A stretch of 62,832 bases of DNA, counting the filler, from Hausera hauseri (Eukaryota): assembly GCA_046269625.1 (NCBI GenBank). It is 10 parts of 10 records of this genome, joined end to end, with 100 filler letters (N's around TTAATTAATTAA, not from the genome) between each part and the next. Parts side by side here need not be neighbours in the genome. Positions count along the whole stretch, not along the records: positions 8,319 to 13,443 come from JBJURY010327383.1; positions 13,544 to 17,910 come from JBJURY010614444.1; positions 18,011 to 26,481 come from JBJURY010630996.1; 7 more parts are not named here. One strand, written 5' to 3'. The translations under genes and the position numbers were made by a program. Positions 11,301 through 24,000 of the stretch are shown here, piece by piece. The notes under the pieces were generated by a model, which saw only the letters and a program-made list of their open reading frames with translations, ran no database searches and was not told the origin of the DNA. How positions within the stretch are numbered: position 1 is the stretch's first letter; each line of letters opens with the position of its first letter.

Positions 11301-13443
11301 CCATGTTGTGGTCTTCGATGGCGTGGTCTTTCACGGTGTGGTCTTTCATAGTGTGGTTTTCCATGCCGCGGTCTTCCATGGTATGGTCTTTCCTGGTGTG
11401 GTCTTTCATGGTATGGTCTTACATGTTATGGTCTTCCTTGTCGTCGTGTTCCATGGTGTGGTCTTCCATGCCGAGGTCTTTCATGGTNNNNNNNNNNNNN
11501 NNNNNNNNNNNNNNNNNNNNNNNNNNNNNNNNNNNNNNNNNNNNNNNNNNNNNNNNNNNNNNNNNNNNNNNNNNNNNNNNNNNNNNNTCGTTGTCTTCCA
11601 TGGTGTGGCCTTCCATGGTGTGGTCTTTCATTGTGTGGTATTCCATGGTGTGGCCTTCCATGTTCTTTTCTTTCATAGTGTGGTCTTCCATGGTGTGGGA
11701 TTCCATGTTGTGGTCTTCCATGGTGTGGCCTTTCATGTTGTTGTCTTCCATGGTGTGGCCTTCCATGGTGTGGTCTTTCATAGTGTGGTCTTTCATGGTA
11801 TGGTCTTCCTTGTCGTGGTCTTCCATGGTGTGGCCTTCCATGGTGTGGTATTTCGTGGTGTGGTTTTTAATGGTATGATCTTCCATGGCGTGGTCTTCCT
11901 TGTCGTTGTCTTTCATGGTGTGGCCTTCCATGGTGTGGTCTTTCATTGTGTGGTATTCCATGGTGTGTTCTTCCATGGCCTTGTCTTCCATGGTGTGGTC
12001 TTCCATGGTGTGATTTTCATGCTGTGGTTTTTCATGGTGTGGTTTTCCTTGGTGGGGTATTTTATTATATGGTATTCCATGCTGTGGTGTTCCTTGTCGT
12101 AGTCTTCCATGTTCTGGTCCTCCATGTCTTGGTCTTCCATGGTGTGGCCTTCCATGTCGTGTTCTTAAATGGTGTAGTCTTTCATGGCGTGGTCTTTATT
12201 TGTGTGGTCTTCTATGGTGTGTTCTTGCATGCTGTCGTCTTTCATGGTGTGGTCTTTCATGATGTGGTCTTACATGCTTTGTTCTTATATGGTGTAGTCT
12301 TTCATTGTGTGGTCTTCCATGGTGTGGTCTTTTATGGTGTGGTCTTTCATGGTGTTGTCTTCCATGCTGTGGTCTCTAGTTTTGTGGTCCTTCATCGTGT
12401 GGTCTTCCATGTTGTGGTCTTCGGTGTTGTTGATTTTCGTGTAGTGGCATTTCAGGGCGTGGTCTTTCATAATTTTGTCTTTCATGGTGTGGTCTTTCAT
12501 GGCGTGCTTTTCAATCATGTGAACTGCCATGTTGTCTTCTTCAATGGGGTGGTCTTTCGTGGTGTGTTCTTCCATGCTGTGGTCTTTCATGGTGTGGTCT
12601 TTCATAGTGTGGTCTTCCATGGTGTGGGATTCCTTGTTGTGATATTCGATGGCGTAGTCTTTCATTGTTTGGTCTTTCATTGTGTGGTCTTCCATGGTGT
12701 AGTATATCGTGATGAGGTCTTCCATGGTTTGGTCTTCCATGGCGTGGCCTTCCATGTCGTGGTCTTCCGTGGTGTGGTCTTTCATCGTGTGGTCTTTCAT
12801 TGTGTGGTCTTCCATGGTGTGGTCTTCCATGGTGTGTTCTCTCATGGTGTGGTATTTCATGGTATGGTCTTCCATGGTATGGTCTTCCTTGTCGTGGTCT
12901 TTCATGGTGTGGTCTTCCTTATCGTGGTCTTTCATTGTGTGGTCTATCATTGTGTGATCATTCATGGTGTGGTCTTTCATGTCGTGTTATTTCTTGGTGT
13001 GGTCTTCCATGGTGTGGTCTTCCGTAATGTAATCTTTTATGGCGTTGTCTTCCTTGTTGTGGTCTTCCATGGTGTAGTATTTCATGGTGTGGTTATTCAT
13101 TGTGTGTTCTTCCTTGGTGTGGTCTTCCATGATGTGGTATTCCATGCCGTGGTCTTCCATGGTATCGTCTTTCATGGTGTGGACTTTCATGGTATGGTTT
13201 TACATGGTATGGTCTTCCTTGGTGTGGTCTTCCATGATGTGGTCTTCCATGGTTGTGTTATTTCTTGGTGTGGTCTTCCATGGTGTGGTCTTCCGTAATG
13301 TAATCTTTTATGGCGTTGTCTTCCTTGTCGTGGTCTTCCATGGTGTAGTATTTCATGGTGTGGTCTTTCATTGTGTGTTCTTCCTTGGTGTGGTCTTCCA
13401 TGATGTGGTATTCCATGCCGTGGTCTTCCATGGTATCGTCTTT
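8319..13443. repeat. 15-bp minisatellite, consensus CATGGTGTGGTCTT(C/T), roughly 330 diverged copies
   Basis: The whole contig is this tandem unit; it generates spurious (VVFHG)n and (MEDHT)n ORFs. Confidence 0.97.
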
Positions 13444-13543
13444 NNNNNNNNNNNNNNNNNNNNNNNNNNNNNNNNNNNNNNNNNNNNTTAATTAATTAAN
13501 NNNNNNNNNNNNNNNNNNNNNNNNNNNNNNNNNNNNNNNNNNN

Positions 13544-14558
13544 AATCAAAATTATAAAATCTTTACATCTATACTAGCCAAAAGATTAGAGCATATCCTC
13601 CCAGATATAATACATTAAGACCAGACAGGGTTCATAAAAACAGACGGACCAAAGACAATATTAGAAGAACCCTAAATGTGATCAATCATATTAGAAGACT
13701 AACAAACAAGTAATTATACTGGGTCTAGACGCACTTAAAGCTTTTGATACTGTAGATTGGTCATTTTTATTCAGAGTCTTGTCCCAGTTCAACTTTTCTA
13801 ATAAATTTATAAAGGTAATTCAGGAATTGTACAACAAGCCCACAGGTAAAATTCGGATCAATGTGAAGACATAAAAATTGAGCAAGGGTGCAGACAAGGA
13901 TGTTCTATGTCCCCTTTGCTTTTTGCCATATTCATAGAACCCTTGGCACAGTTAATTAGACAAAACACTAAAATACACGGCATAAAAGTAAACCATAATG
14001 AACAAAAATTGGCGCTATTTGCGGATGATATTTTAATCTATTTGGCAAAACCCCAGGAATCCCTTCCAGAATTGCATAAAGTCTTGTTGAAATATGGTAA
14101 ATTTTCAGGTTACAAATTGAACTCTCTCAAATCTCAGGTCTTAACATTCAAATATTCGCCCAACAGTATTGATAAGGAAAACTTCAAAATAAACTGGGAT
14201 ATAGATTCAATTGTGTACTTAGGAGTGAATATACCTAAAGACCCAAAGAATATCGTCTCGGCAAATTACGACCCATTAATGATTAAAATAAAAAATGATA
14301 TAGCCAGATGGAGCCTACTGCCTTATCTGGGTCTTGTGCAAAGAGTAGAAACTATCAAAATGATGATGTTGCCAAAGCTACTTTACCTCTTCCAGACAAT
14401 ACCAGCAGAACCAACCAAATCTATGTTCCAAGAAATTGACAAAATGATTTCAAGATTCATTTGGCAAGGGAAACAGCCAAGGATTAGATTTAAAACTTTA
14501 CAGCTGAATAAACGTAAAGGAGGCCTTTCCCTCCCAAATATGAGTAATTACTACAAAG
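13544..14558 (+). mobile_element. L1/Tx1-clade LINE ORF2 reverse transcriptase fragment, teleost-like
   Basis: DYKIFTSILAKRL, DQTGF, LDA.KAFD.V.W, GCRQGCSMSPLLFAIFIEPLAQ, ALFADDILIYL, SGYKLN..KS, YLGV; frameshifted upstream of 13907. Confidence 0.92.
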
Positions 14559-15775
14559 TAGAGCTGGGCGATATGGCCTAAAATCAATATCTTGATATAT
14601 TGACCAGTTCACCTCGATAACGATAAATGCACGATAACTCTTATCACCACCACATAAAAGTACACAGTATCATAATATTATAACATGTCCATGTGTTATT
14701 CACAGGTTTTCTGTAGTTTATATTTGTCATTTTTGTGTTTTAATATTTAATAAAAACATTTTTGGCAAGACTTGAGTCAGATAAAGTGAAACAACCAGCT
14801 CCATAACTTTTCAGTGCAAACAAAACATTATGTATTATAATTTTATAATTAAAAACTTATACCAAATATGTCTTTTGTACTGCACAAAATAACTTAACTA
14901 CATTTTTTATTTGTTAGGCTGACTGATATCTTTATTAAAATAACTATTTCTTTGTATATTATATTATGTTATATATTATATGACTATTATTTAGAGAGCT
15001 CAAGTAATCATTTACATTTATTTTACTATTTATTCTTCATATTTGATCATTTATTGAATCACAGAGCAGTTCAGTCACAGTGGTTCTAAATATAAGCAAG
15101 CTATACTGTGAAGAGTGGAATTTGTAGCTAATAAGCAACATAACGTTTTTATTTTTTTATTTTTTATTTTTTTTGGGGGGGGGCACTAAGCGGAGACTCG
15201 TCTTTTCTTTAATATAGGACAAAGAAATGTTCATCTGTCAGAGTTAATATTGTTTCATTAGAGGAGCTGAAACAGCGGCTCTCACAGAACAGCCTGTGTG
15301 CACCTCGCTCCTGTAACAGAGCTGTCGAGGAGTTCGGTCACGTGAGCGAAGTTGGACATATCTGTTCTATAACGACGCTCTGAACACATAAACTTATAGT
15401 GAGTTACATTTTAGATACTAACGTCTCAGGAAGTTTGGGAGCAAAGTGTGGAGGACGGGGTTTGCTCACCCGGGACAGGAGCTGCAGGCGGACCGGTGTT
15501 CATTCTGCAGCACACTGCTTCACAGAGCTCAGAAAGACCCGCCCCCTGCTCTGCTCTGATTGGGCAAAACTGTGGGGTTCGTTTGATTTGTTCAAAGCAG
15601 CGTCTGTTTAGACCTGTATCAGACGGGACGGCTTTAGAGACCGCAACAGAAAACAAGCAGGTTTCTCTTTTCCTCATTTTTTTTAAATACCGAAATAACC
15701 GACGTGGGCAAAATGACGTCGGTTATTGACATAAATTTCGGTATCGGTTATTTTTCGGTATATTGCCCAGCCCTA
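14559..15775. mobile_element. Non-autonomous hAT-type DNA transposon (or two joined halves) truncating the L1
   Basis: Termini TAGAGCTGGGCGATAT / ATATTGCCCAGCCCTA form an imperfect 16-bp TIR of a type common in fish hAT MITEs; no 8-bp TSD (CTACAAAG vs GATTCCAT) and the L1 does not resume. Confidence 0.7.
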
Positions 15776-16129
15776 GATTCCATGGAGCGTGTACAGCTGA
15801 AAGTCTTAAAAGTTCCAGCCCTGAGCTCACTGTCTGTCAGGTCGTTGATGGTCAGAAGTAAATATTAAGATACGGTTCTCCGGGCCATGCCCATTGTCGT
15901 AGCGCAAAAAAACTCCATCCCGGTCGGTCATCTGATATCATACTGGGATTTTAACATCAGCTGCATTTAGAGGAACTGGTACAGGGTTTCCACCTTTCTG
16001 CTGGTTGCGTTGGATTGCTGTTTGAAGATTATTCACCGCTCCTAATTTTGCAGACGTCACATCATCTATATTTCTAACAGCCTGAGTGATTATTTACTGA
16101 GGTGGTTCCTCTGTGCTCTCGGCCCTTTT

Positions 16130-16358
16130 GGGCATCACGGCTCAAACTTTGCACATCTCATTTTTGGCCATTTCAGCAGCATGGGTGTGGTTGTTGGTTC
16201 TGTGGAGAAGCTGCTCTCCTCTTGCACTGATGAGCATTGCATCTGTGTTCACACTCAAAGCAGTCCTTCCCATCGCTCAGGTTCTTCTTCTTGACATAAC
16301 AAAATCCTTCCATGAGGATGTTCCTGCCTCCTTTTGTAGTTTCGATGACCTCCATCAC
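16130..16358 (-). pseudogene. FLYWCH-type zinc finger remnant, probably from a Mutator-like transposase
   Basis: TKGGRNILMEGFCYVKKK...CFECEHRC..HQCKRR pattern; frameshifted. Confidence 0.5.
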
Positions 16359-17880
16359 TGCTCTGACTAAAGCTGAAGATCTGCAGTCAATTCAAAAAGA
16401 TGTTGTTTATCTATGCTGAAGAACAAGACGTTTTGCTTTCGATCCAGAAGGATTTCTCAGCTCAAAGATGTCCTGAATATGCTGAGTGGCAGCTTTATAG
16501 ATCCACTAGAGGCCTCTGCAAGTCCTTAAATTCAAATGTAAATCAGATTGCAATCATCCATCCCTCACAATGGAGGATAATTAGGCTCTTTATCAGTTTA
16601 TTTGGTGTGTGAGATGTTTAGGTCACATGGCTGAAGGTGTGAGTTGAAGTGAAATTTACTGTAGCTTGGTTTCTTCATGGAGACCAATCTCCAAATGATG
16701 TTGAGCATTATGACGTTCAAAAGGAAACTGACAACTCTGTAAAGGGTTTTACTGTAAAAAGCACCACTGGCAACAGGGACACCAGGAACTTATCTTTTAA
16801 AGTGGAGTTACTGTAATTAATTTCAACAGTATATTTCTGTAAATTGGATTACAGTATAGAAACTATAAAAACCAGCAGATTACTGTTAGGACAGACACAC
16901 ATATTGTACAGTTACATATTTATGTGCCTCAATTTAATTTAACAGTATTTAACTGTAATTTACAGGATGTGGTTATCAATCAACAAAATAAAAAATCTAT
17001 GATTCCTGACTCCATCCAAATACACAAATCCAATAAGAAAACAGATACATTGTGTTTTATAATATTCACTTAACAGAATGGCATCTTTTCTGAAATTATG
17101 GTTCCAACCTCATTTGTTGAATAGAACTTTTTCCATTAACAGTATAAATTTCAGTTAAAATGGCTGCAACAACAATGTGAAGCTAAATAAAATCAACAAC
17201 ACAAATTCAACAACAGTATAATGTAAAGCCATCAAAGTGCAGCTTTGACTCGTGTCTTAGAAACAAGCAAGTGTTCATGTAAAGAAAAGACTGAAGCAGA
17301 ATCACATTCTCCAAAGACAGACTCACAAATGAATCATGTCACACAAAACATTCCATCCTGAGTAGAGTGAGAACACAACCAGCAGCCGACAGCATGTTTT
17401 AAAAAATACTGTATCATGCTGTTAAATATACAGTTATTTACTGTTACTGCCTAAACCTGACACACAAACTGACTTGTACATTTCATTGTTACTACAGCAA
17501 CAAATAAAAACTCATCAATATTTCTGGTTCAATTTCTGTATGTCCTACTTTATTTTATCCTCCACACAAATAGTTATAAAAAAGACTTCAGTTGTGTTCT
17601 CAAACACATTCCTCCTGTGTTCAGCAGTGGGCAGAGGTGTGTTACTACCAAGCTTCGCGGCTCAGGGGCGGGAAGGTCTGTTTCACCTTTCCACAAGTGT
17701 TTTTTTCTGAATGCTCAGATGTACAAAGGTGGAAACAGATATTCAGCAATTCAAGAGGAAAGATTGTGCTATTAGCTGGTTTTGTTTCTCTAAAGAGCAG
17801 TTTCTCATTCTTTCCAGCAGCCATGTTCTTTACATCAAAAAAGAAAAAATAAGTAGGTCCTCTGGACGTGTTCTTCTTTA

Positions 17881-17910
17881 GTGAAACGTTTCGTCTCTCC
17901 TCCAAGAGAC
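17881..17910 (-). ncRNA. Partial hammerhead ribozyme of a Penelope-like element, cut by the contig end
   Basis: Minus strand GTCTCT-TGGAGG-AGAGAC hairpin + GAAAC + GTTTCA fits stem II plus the GAAA core; the CUGANGA box would lie in the missing sequence. Confidence 0.55.
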
Positions 17911-18010
17911 NNNNNNNNNNNNNNNNNNNNNNNNNNNNNNNNNNNNNNNNNNNNTTAATTAATTAANNNNNNNNNNNNNNNNNNNNNNNNNNNNNNNNNN
18001 NNNNNNNNNN

Positions 18011-21000
18011 CCGACTGAATTAATTTCGGTGTTTCCGAATCTGTAAGTGTCCGGAACTGCGTCAGTCCACAATTTATTGTGACTCAACTCATTGCGGTGT
18101 GTCCGAATATGCAGGTGTCGGGAACTGTGTCACGCCAAATTTTCTTGTCCAACTGAACTCATTCTGTTGTGTACTAATATGCGGGCGTCCGGAACTGGGT
18201 CCGGCCTAATTCTTTTTTCGAATCAACTCATTGTGGTATGTCCGAATATACAGGTGTCCGGCACTGAGTCAGTCCAAATTTTTTTCCAACTGAATTAATT
18301 TCGGTGTTTCAGAATCTTCAAGTGTCTGGAACTGCGTCAGTCCACAATTTATTGTGACTCAGCTCATTGTACTGTGTCCGAATATGCAGGTGTATGGAAC
18401 TGTATGAGGCCAAATTTTTTTTCGACTTAACTTACTGTGGTATGTCCGAATATACAGGTGTCCTGCACTGAGTCAGTCCTAATTTTTGTCCGACTCAACT
18501 CATTGTGGTGTGTCAGAATATGCAGATGTCAGGAACTGGATCAGGCTAAATTTTTTTGTCCAGCTCAAATCATTCTGTTGTGTCCGAAAATGCAGGTGTC
18601 CGTAACTGGGTCAGGCTAAATTTTTTTGTCCAACTCAACTCATTCTGTTGTGAACGAATATGCGGGCGTCCGGAACTGGGTCAGGCCAAATTCTTTTTCC
18701 GAATCAACTCATTGTGGTATGTCCGAATATACAAGTGTCTGGCACTGAGTCAGTCCAAATTTTTTTCCGACTCAACTCATTGCGGTGTGTCCGAACATGC
18801 AGGTGTCGGGAACTGTGACACGCCAAATTTTCTTATTCAACTGAACTCATTCTGTTGTGTACTAATATGCGGGTGTCCGGAACTGGGTTAGGCCAAATTC
18901 TTTTTCCGACTGAATTAATTTCGATGTTTCCGAATCTGCAAGTGTCCGGAACTGCGTCAGTCCACAATTTATTGTGACTCAACTCATTGTACTGTGTCGG
19001 AATATGCAGGTGTCCGGAACTGGGTCAGGCCAAATATTTTTCCGACTTAACTTATTGTGGTATATCCGAATATGCAGGTGTGCGGCAGTGAGTCAGTCCA
19101 AATTTCTTCCGACTCGACTTTTTGTGGTGTGTCCGAATATGCAGTTGTCCGATAGTGATTCAGGCGAAATTTTTTTTCCTACTTAAATGTCTCGGTTTGT
19201 GGAATATTTAAATGTCCGGAACTGAGTCAGTCCACAATATTTTGCCAATCAACTCACAGCGATGTGTCCGAATATGCATATGTCCGGAACTGGGTCAGGC
19301 CTAATTTTTTCCGACTCTACTCATTGCGGTGTGTCCGAATATGCCGGTGTCAAAAAGTGGTTCAGTCCAAATTTTTGTTCCGACACAACTCATCACGGTG
19401 TGTCCGAATATGCATGTGTCTGTACCTAGGTCATTACAAATATTTTTTGACAGAAAGCATTGGGGTTTTTCCGAATATGCAGAAGTCCGAAACTGGTCAG
19501 TGCAAATTTTTTTTCAAACTCAACCCATTGTGGTGTATCCGAATATGCAGGTGTTTGACACTGGGTCAGGCCAAATTCTTTTTCCGACTCAATTCATTGT
19601 GGGGAGACCGAATATGCACGTGTCCAGAACTGTGTTAGGCGACAATTTTTTCCGACTCAACTCATTGCGGTGTGTCCGAATATGCAGATGTCCGGAACTC
19701 GGCCAGGCCAAATTTTTTTCCGACTAAACTTATTGCGGTGTGTCCGAATATGCAGATGTCCGTAACAATTTTTTGCGACTCCACTCCTTGTGGTGTGTCC
19801 GAATATGCAGGTGTCCGGAACTGGGACAGGCCACAATTTTTATGACTCAACACATTTCGGTGTGTCCGAATATTCCGGTGTCAAAAAGTGGTTCGGGGCA
19901 AATTTTTGTTCCGACAAAACTCATCGCGGTGTTTCCGAACATGCAGGTGTCCGAATCTAGGTCATTACAAATTTTTTTCCTACAGAACGCATTGGGGTTT
20001 GTCCGAATATGCAGATGTCCGGAACTGATATAGTCCACAATTTTTTCCGACTCAACTCGTTGCGCTGTGTCCGAATATGCAGGTGTCCGGATCTGTGTCA
20101 GAACGCAGTTCTTTACGACTCAACTTATTTCGCTGTGTCAGAATATGCAATCGTCTGGAACTGGGTCAGAGCGAATTTTTTTTCCAACCCAACTCATTGT
20201 GGTGTGTCCGCATATGCAGGTGTTCGGAACTGAGTCAATCCAAATTTTTTTCCGACTGAACTCTTTGCGGTGAGTCGGAATATGCAGATGTCCGTAACTG
20301 CGTCAGTCCACAATTTATTATGACTCAATTAATTGTACTGTGTCGGAATATGCAGGTGTCCGGAACTGGGTCAGGCTAAATTTTTTTGTCCAGCTCAAAT
20401 CATTCTGTTGTGTCCACATAGGCAGGTGTCCGGAACTGGCTCAGTCCAGAATTTTTTCAACTTTCATCATGGCGGTAGGTACTAATATGCAGGTGTCCGG
20501 AAATACTTCAGTCTAAAAGATTTTTTCGACTCAACACATGGCACTGAGTCTAAATATGCCGGTGTCCACAACTGGGTCGCGTCAAAATTTTTGCGACTCA
20601 ACTGATTGCAGTGTGCCCCAATATGTAGGAGTCCGGAACTAGGTCAGTCAAAAACTTTTTTTTACTGAACCCCTTGCGCTGAGTCTGAATATGCAGGTGT
20701 CCGGAATTGGGTCAGCCCAGAATTTTTTCGACTTAAGTTTTGCGCTGTGTACGAATATGCAGGTGTCCGGAACTGGATCAGGCCGAGAGTTTTTTCCCAC
20801 TCAGCTTACTGCGGTGAGTCCGAATATGCAGGTGTCTGGAACTAGGTCAGTCTATAATTTTTTTTCGACTCAACCAATTACGGTGAGTCTGAATATGCAG
20901 GTGTCCGGAACTGCGTCAGGCCAAATTTTTTTCCCACTCAGCTCATTGCAGTGAGTCCGATTATGAACGTGTCTGGAATTGGGTCAGGCCACAATTTCTT

Positions 21001-24000
21001 CCGACTCAATTCATTTCCGTGTGTCCAAATATGCAGTTGTCCGAAACTGGGTCAGGCAGGGTTTTTTTCCCACTCAGTTCACTGCGGTAAGTCCGAATAT
21101 GCAGGTGTCCGGAACTGCGTCAGTCCCGAATTTTTTCGACTTAACTCATTGCGATTTGTCCAAATATGCAGGAGTCCGGTACTAGGTCGGTCTAAATTTT
21201 TTTTTCGACTCAACCCATTGCGCTGACTCTGAATATGCAGGTGTGCGGAACTAAGTCAGGCCATATTTTTTTCCCACTTAGCCAATTTCGGTGTGTCCAA
21301 ATATGCAGTTGTCCGAAACTGTGTCAGGCCAGGATTTTTTTCCCACTCAGCTCACTGCGGTAAGTCCGAATATGCAGGTGTCCGGAACTGGGTCAGTCCA
21401 GAATTTTTTCGACTTAACATATTGCGGTGTGTCCGATTATGCAGGTGTCCGGAACTGGGTCAGTCCCGAATTTTTTCGACTTAACTCATTGCGGTGTGTC
21501 CGAATATGCAGGTGTCCGGAACTGGGTCAGTTCACAAATTTTTCCACTTAACTTATTTCGGTGTGTCCGAATAAGCAGATGTCCGTAACTCGGTTGCGTC
21601 ATATTTTTTTTCGGCTCAACTGATTGCGGTGTGTGCCAATATGCAGGAGTCCGGAAATGGGTCAGTCCAAATTTTTTTCCCCACTCAGCTCATTGGGGTG
21701 AGACATAATGTGCAGGTGTCCGTAAATGGGTCGCGTCAAATTTTTATTTCGACTCAAATGATTGCGGTGTGTCCGAATATGCAGGTGTGCGGAACTGGGT
21801 CAGTCCAACTTATTTTTTGCAACTCAGCTCATAGCGGAGCGGCCGAATATGCAGGTGTCCGTAACTAGGTGGCGTCAAATTTTATTTTCGACTCAACTGA
21901 TTTCAGTTTGTCCGAATATGCAGGTGTCCGGAACTGGGTCAGTACCGAATTTTTTCGACTTAGCTCATTACGCTCTGTCCGAATATTCAATTGTCCATAA
22001 CTGGGTCAGTCCAGAATTTTTTACGACTCAACTCATTACGGTGTGGTCGAATATGGCGGTGTCCGGAACTGAGTCACGACAAATTTTTGTTTCCGTCTCA
22101 ACATATTGCCGCGTGTCCCAGTATGCAGGTGTCCGGTACAGGATCAGTCCAGAATTTTTTACGACTCAACTCATTACGGTGTGTTCGAATATGCAGGTGT
22201 CCGGAACTGGGTCAGGCCAAATTATTTTTCCCAATCAACACATTGCGGTGGGTCCCAATATGCAGGTGTCCGGAAGAGGGTCAGTCCCGAATTTTTTCTA
22301 CTTAAGTCATTACGCTGTGTCCGAACATTCAATTGTCCATAACTGGGTCAGTCCAAATTTATTTTCCGACTCAACCCATTGCCGCGTGTTCCAACATGCA
22401 GGTGTCCGGAACTGTCAGTCCACAATTTTTTCGACTTAACTTATTGCGGTGTGTCCGAATATGCAGATTTTCTGAAGTGGGTCAGTCCAAATTTTCTTTA
22501 GCACTCAACTCATTGCAGTAAGACAGAATATGCAGGTGTCCGGAACTGGGTCACGCCAAATTATTTTTCGACTCAACTGCTGGCGGTGTGTCCAAATATG
22601 CAGCTGTCCGGAAGTTGCTCAGGCCGAAATTTTTTCCAACTCAACTTATTGCGGTGTGTCCGAATATGCAGGAGTCCCGAACTGGGTCAGGCCAAATTAT
22701 TTTTCCCTACTCAGCTCATTGCGGTGAGGCCGAATATGCATGTGTCCGTAATTGGATTGCGTCAAATTTTTTTTATTCAACTGATTGCGGTGTGTCCGAA
22801 TATTCATGTGTCCGGCACTGGGTCAGGCCAAACTATTTTTTCCCACTGAACACATTGCGGTGAGTCCCAATATACAGGTGTCCGAAACTGGGTCAATCCA
22901 AAATTTTTTACGACTCAAATCATTACGGTGTGTTCGAATATGCCGTTGTCCGGAATTGGATCAGGCCAAATTTTTTTGCGACTGAACTCATTGTGGTGTG
23001 TCCGAATATGCAGGTGTCCAGAACTGTGTCCGTCCAAAATATTCTTCGCCACTCAGCTCATTGCGGTAACTGCAATTATGCACGTGTCCGGAACTGGATC
23101 AGTCCAAATTTCTTTGCGACTCAACTCATTGCGGTGACTGCGTATATGCACATGTCCGGAACTGAGTCAGTCCAAATTTTTTTGCGACTCAACTCATTGC
23201 GATGTATCCGAATATGCCGGTGTCCGGAACTGGGTCACGCCAAATTTTTTTTCAACTCAACTCATTGCCGTGTGTCCAAATATACCGGTGTCCGGACTGG
23301 GTCAGGCCAAATTCTTTTACCGACCCAAATAATTGCGGTGTGTCCAAGTATGCAGGTGTCCGGTACTGGCTCAGGCCAATTTTTTTTCGTCACTCAACAT
23401 ACAGCGGTGAGACCGAATATGCCGGTGTCCGGAAGTTGTTCAGGCCAAATTCTTATTCCGACTCAACTCAATGCGGTGAGTCCAAATATTCCGGTGTCTG
23501 CACTGGGTCAGGCCAAATTCTTTTTCGGAGTCAACTCATTGCGGTGAGTGCGAATATGCAGGTGTCCAAAATTGGTTCAGGACAAATTCTTTTTCCTACT
23601 CAGCTCATTGCGGTGAGTCCAAATATGCAAGTGTCGAAAACTGGTTCAGTCCAGAATTTTTACGATTCAACTCATTTTGGTGTGTGCGAATACGCGGGTT
23701 TCCGTAACTGTTTCATGCCACAATTTTTTACGACTCAACTCATTGCGGTGTGTTCGAATATGCAGGTGTCCGAAACTGGGTCAGGCCAAATTCTTTTTCC
23801 GACTCAACTCATTTAGGTGCGTCTGAATATGCAGGTGTTCGGAACTGGGTCAGGCGAAATTTTTTGCCCACTCAACTCATTGCGCTGTCCGAATATGCAT
23901 GTGTCCGGAACTCTTTAACGGCAAATTTTTTTTTCGACTCTACTCATTGAGGTGTGTCCGAATATATCGGTGTCCGGAACTGTCTGAGGCCTGATTTTTT

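Noticed and set aside
8359-13491. Long (VVFHG)n, (WSSMV)n and (CGLPW)n ORFs up to 450 aa
   Set aside because: The plus-frame codons of the 15-bp unit are mostly two changes away from a stop, so long ORFs are expected; frequent frameshifts and minus-strand stops.
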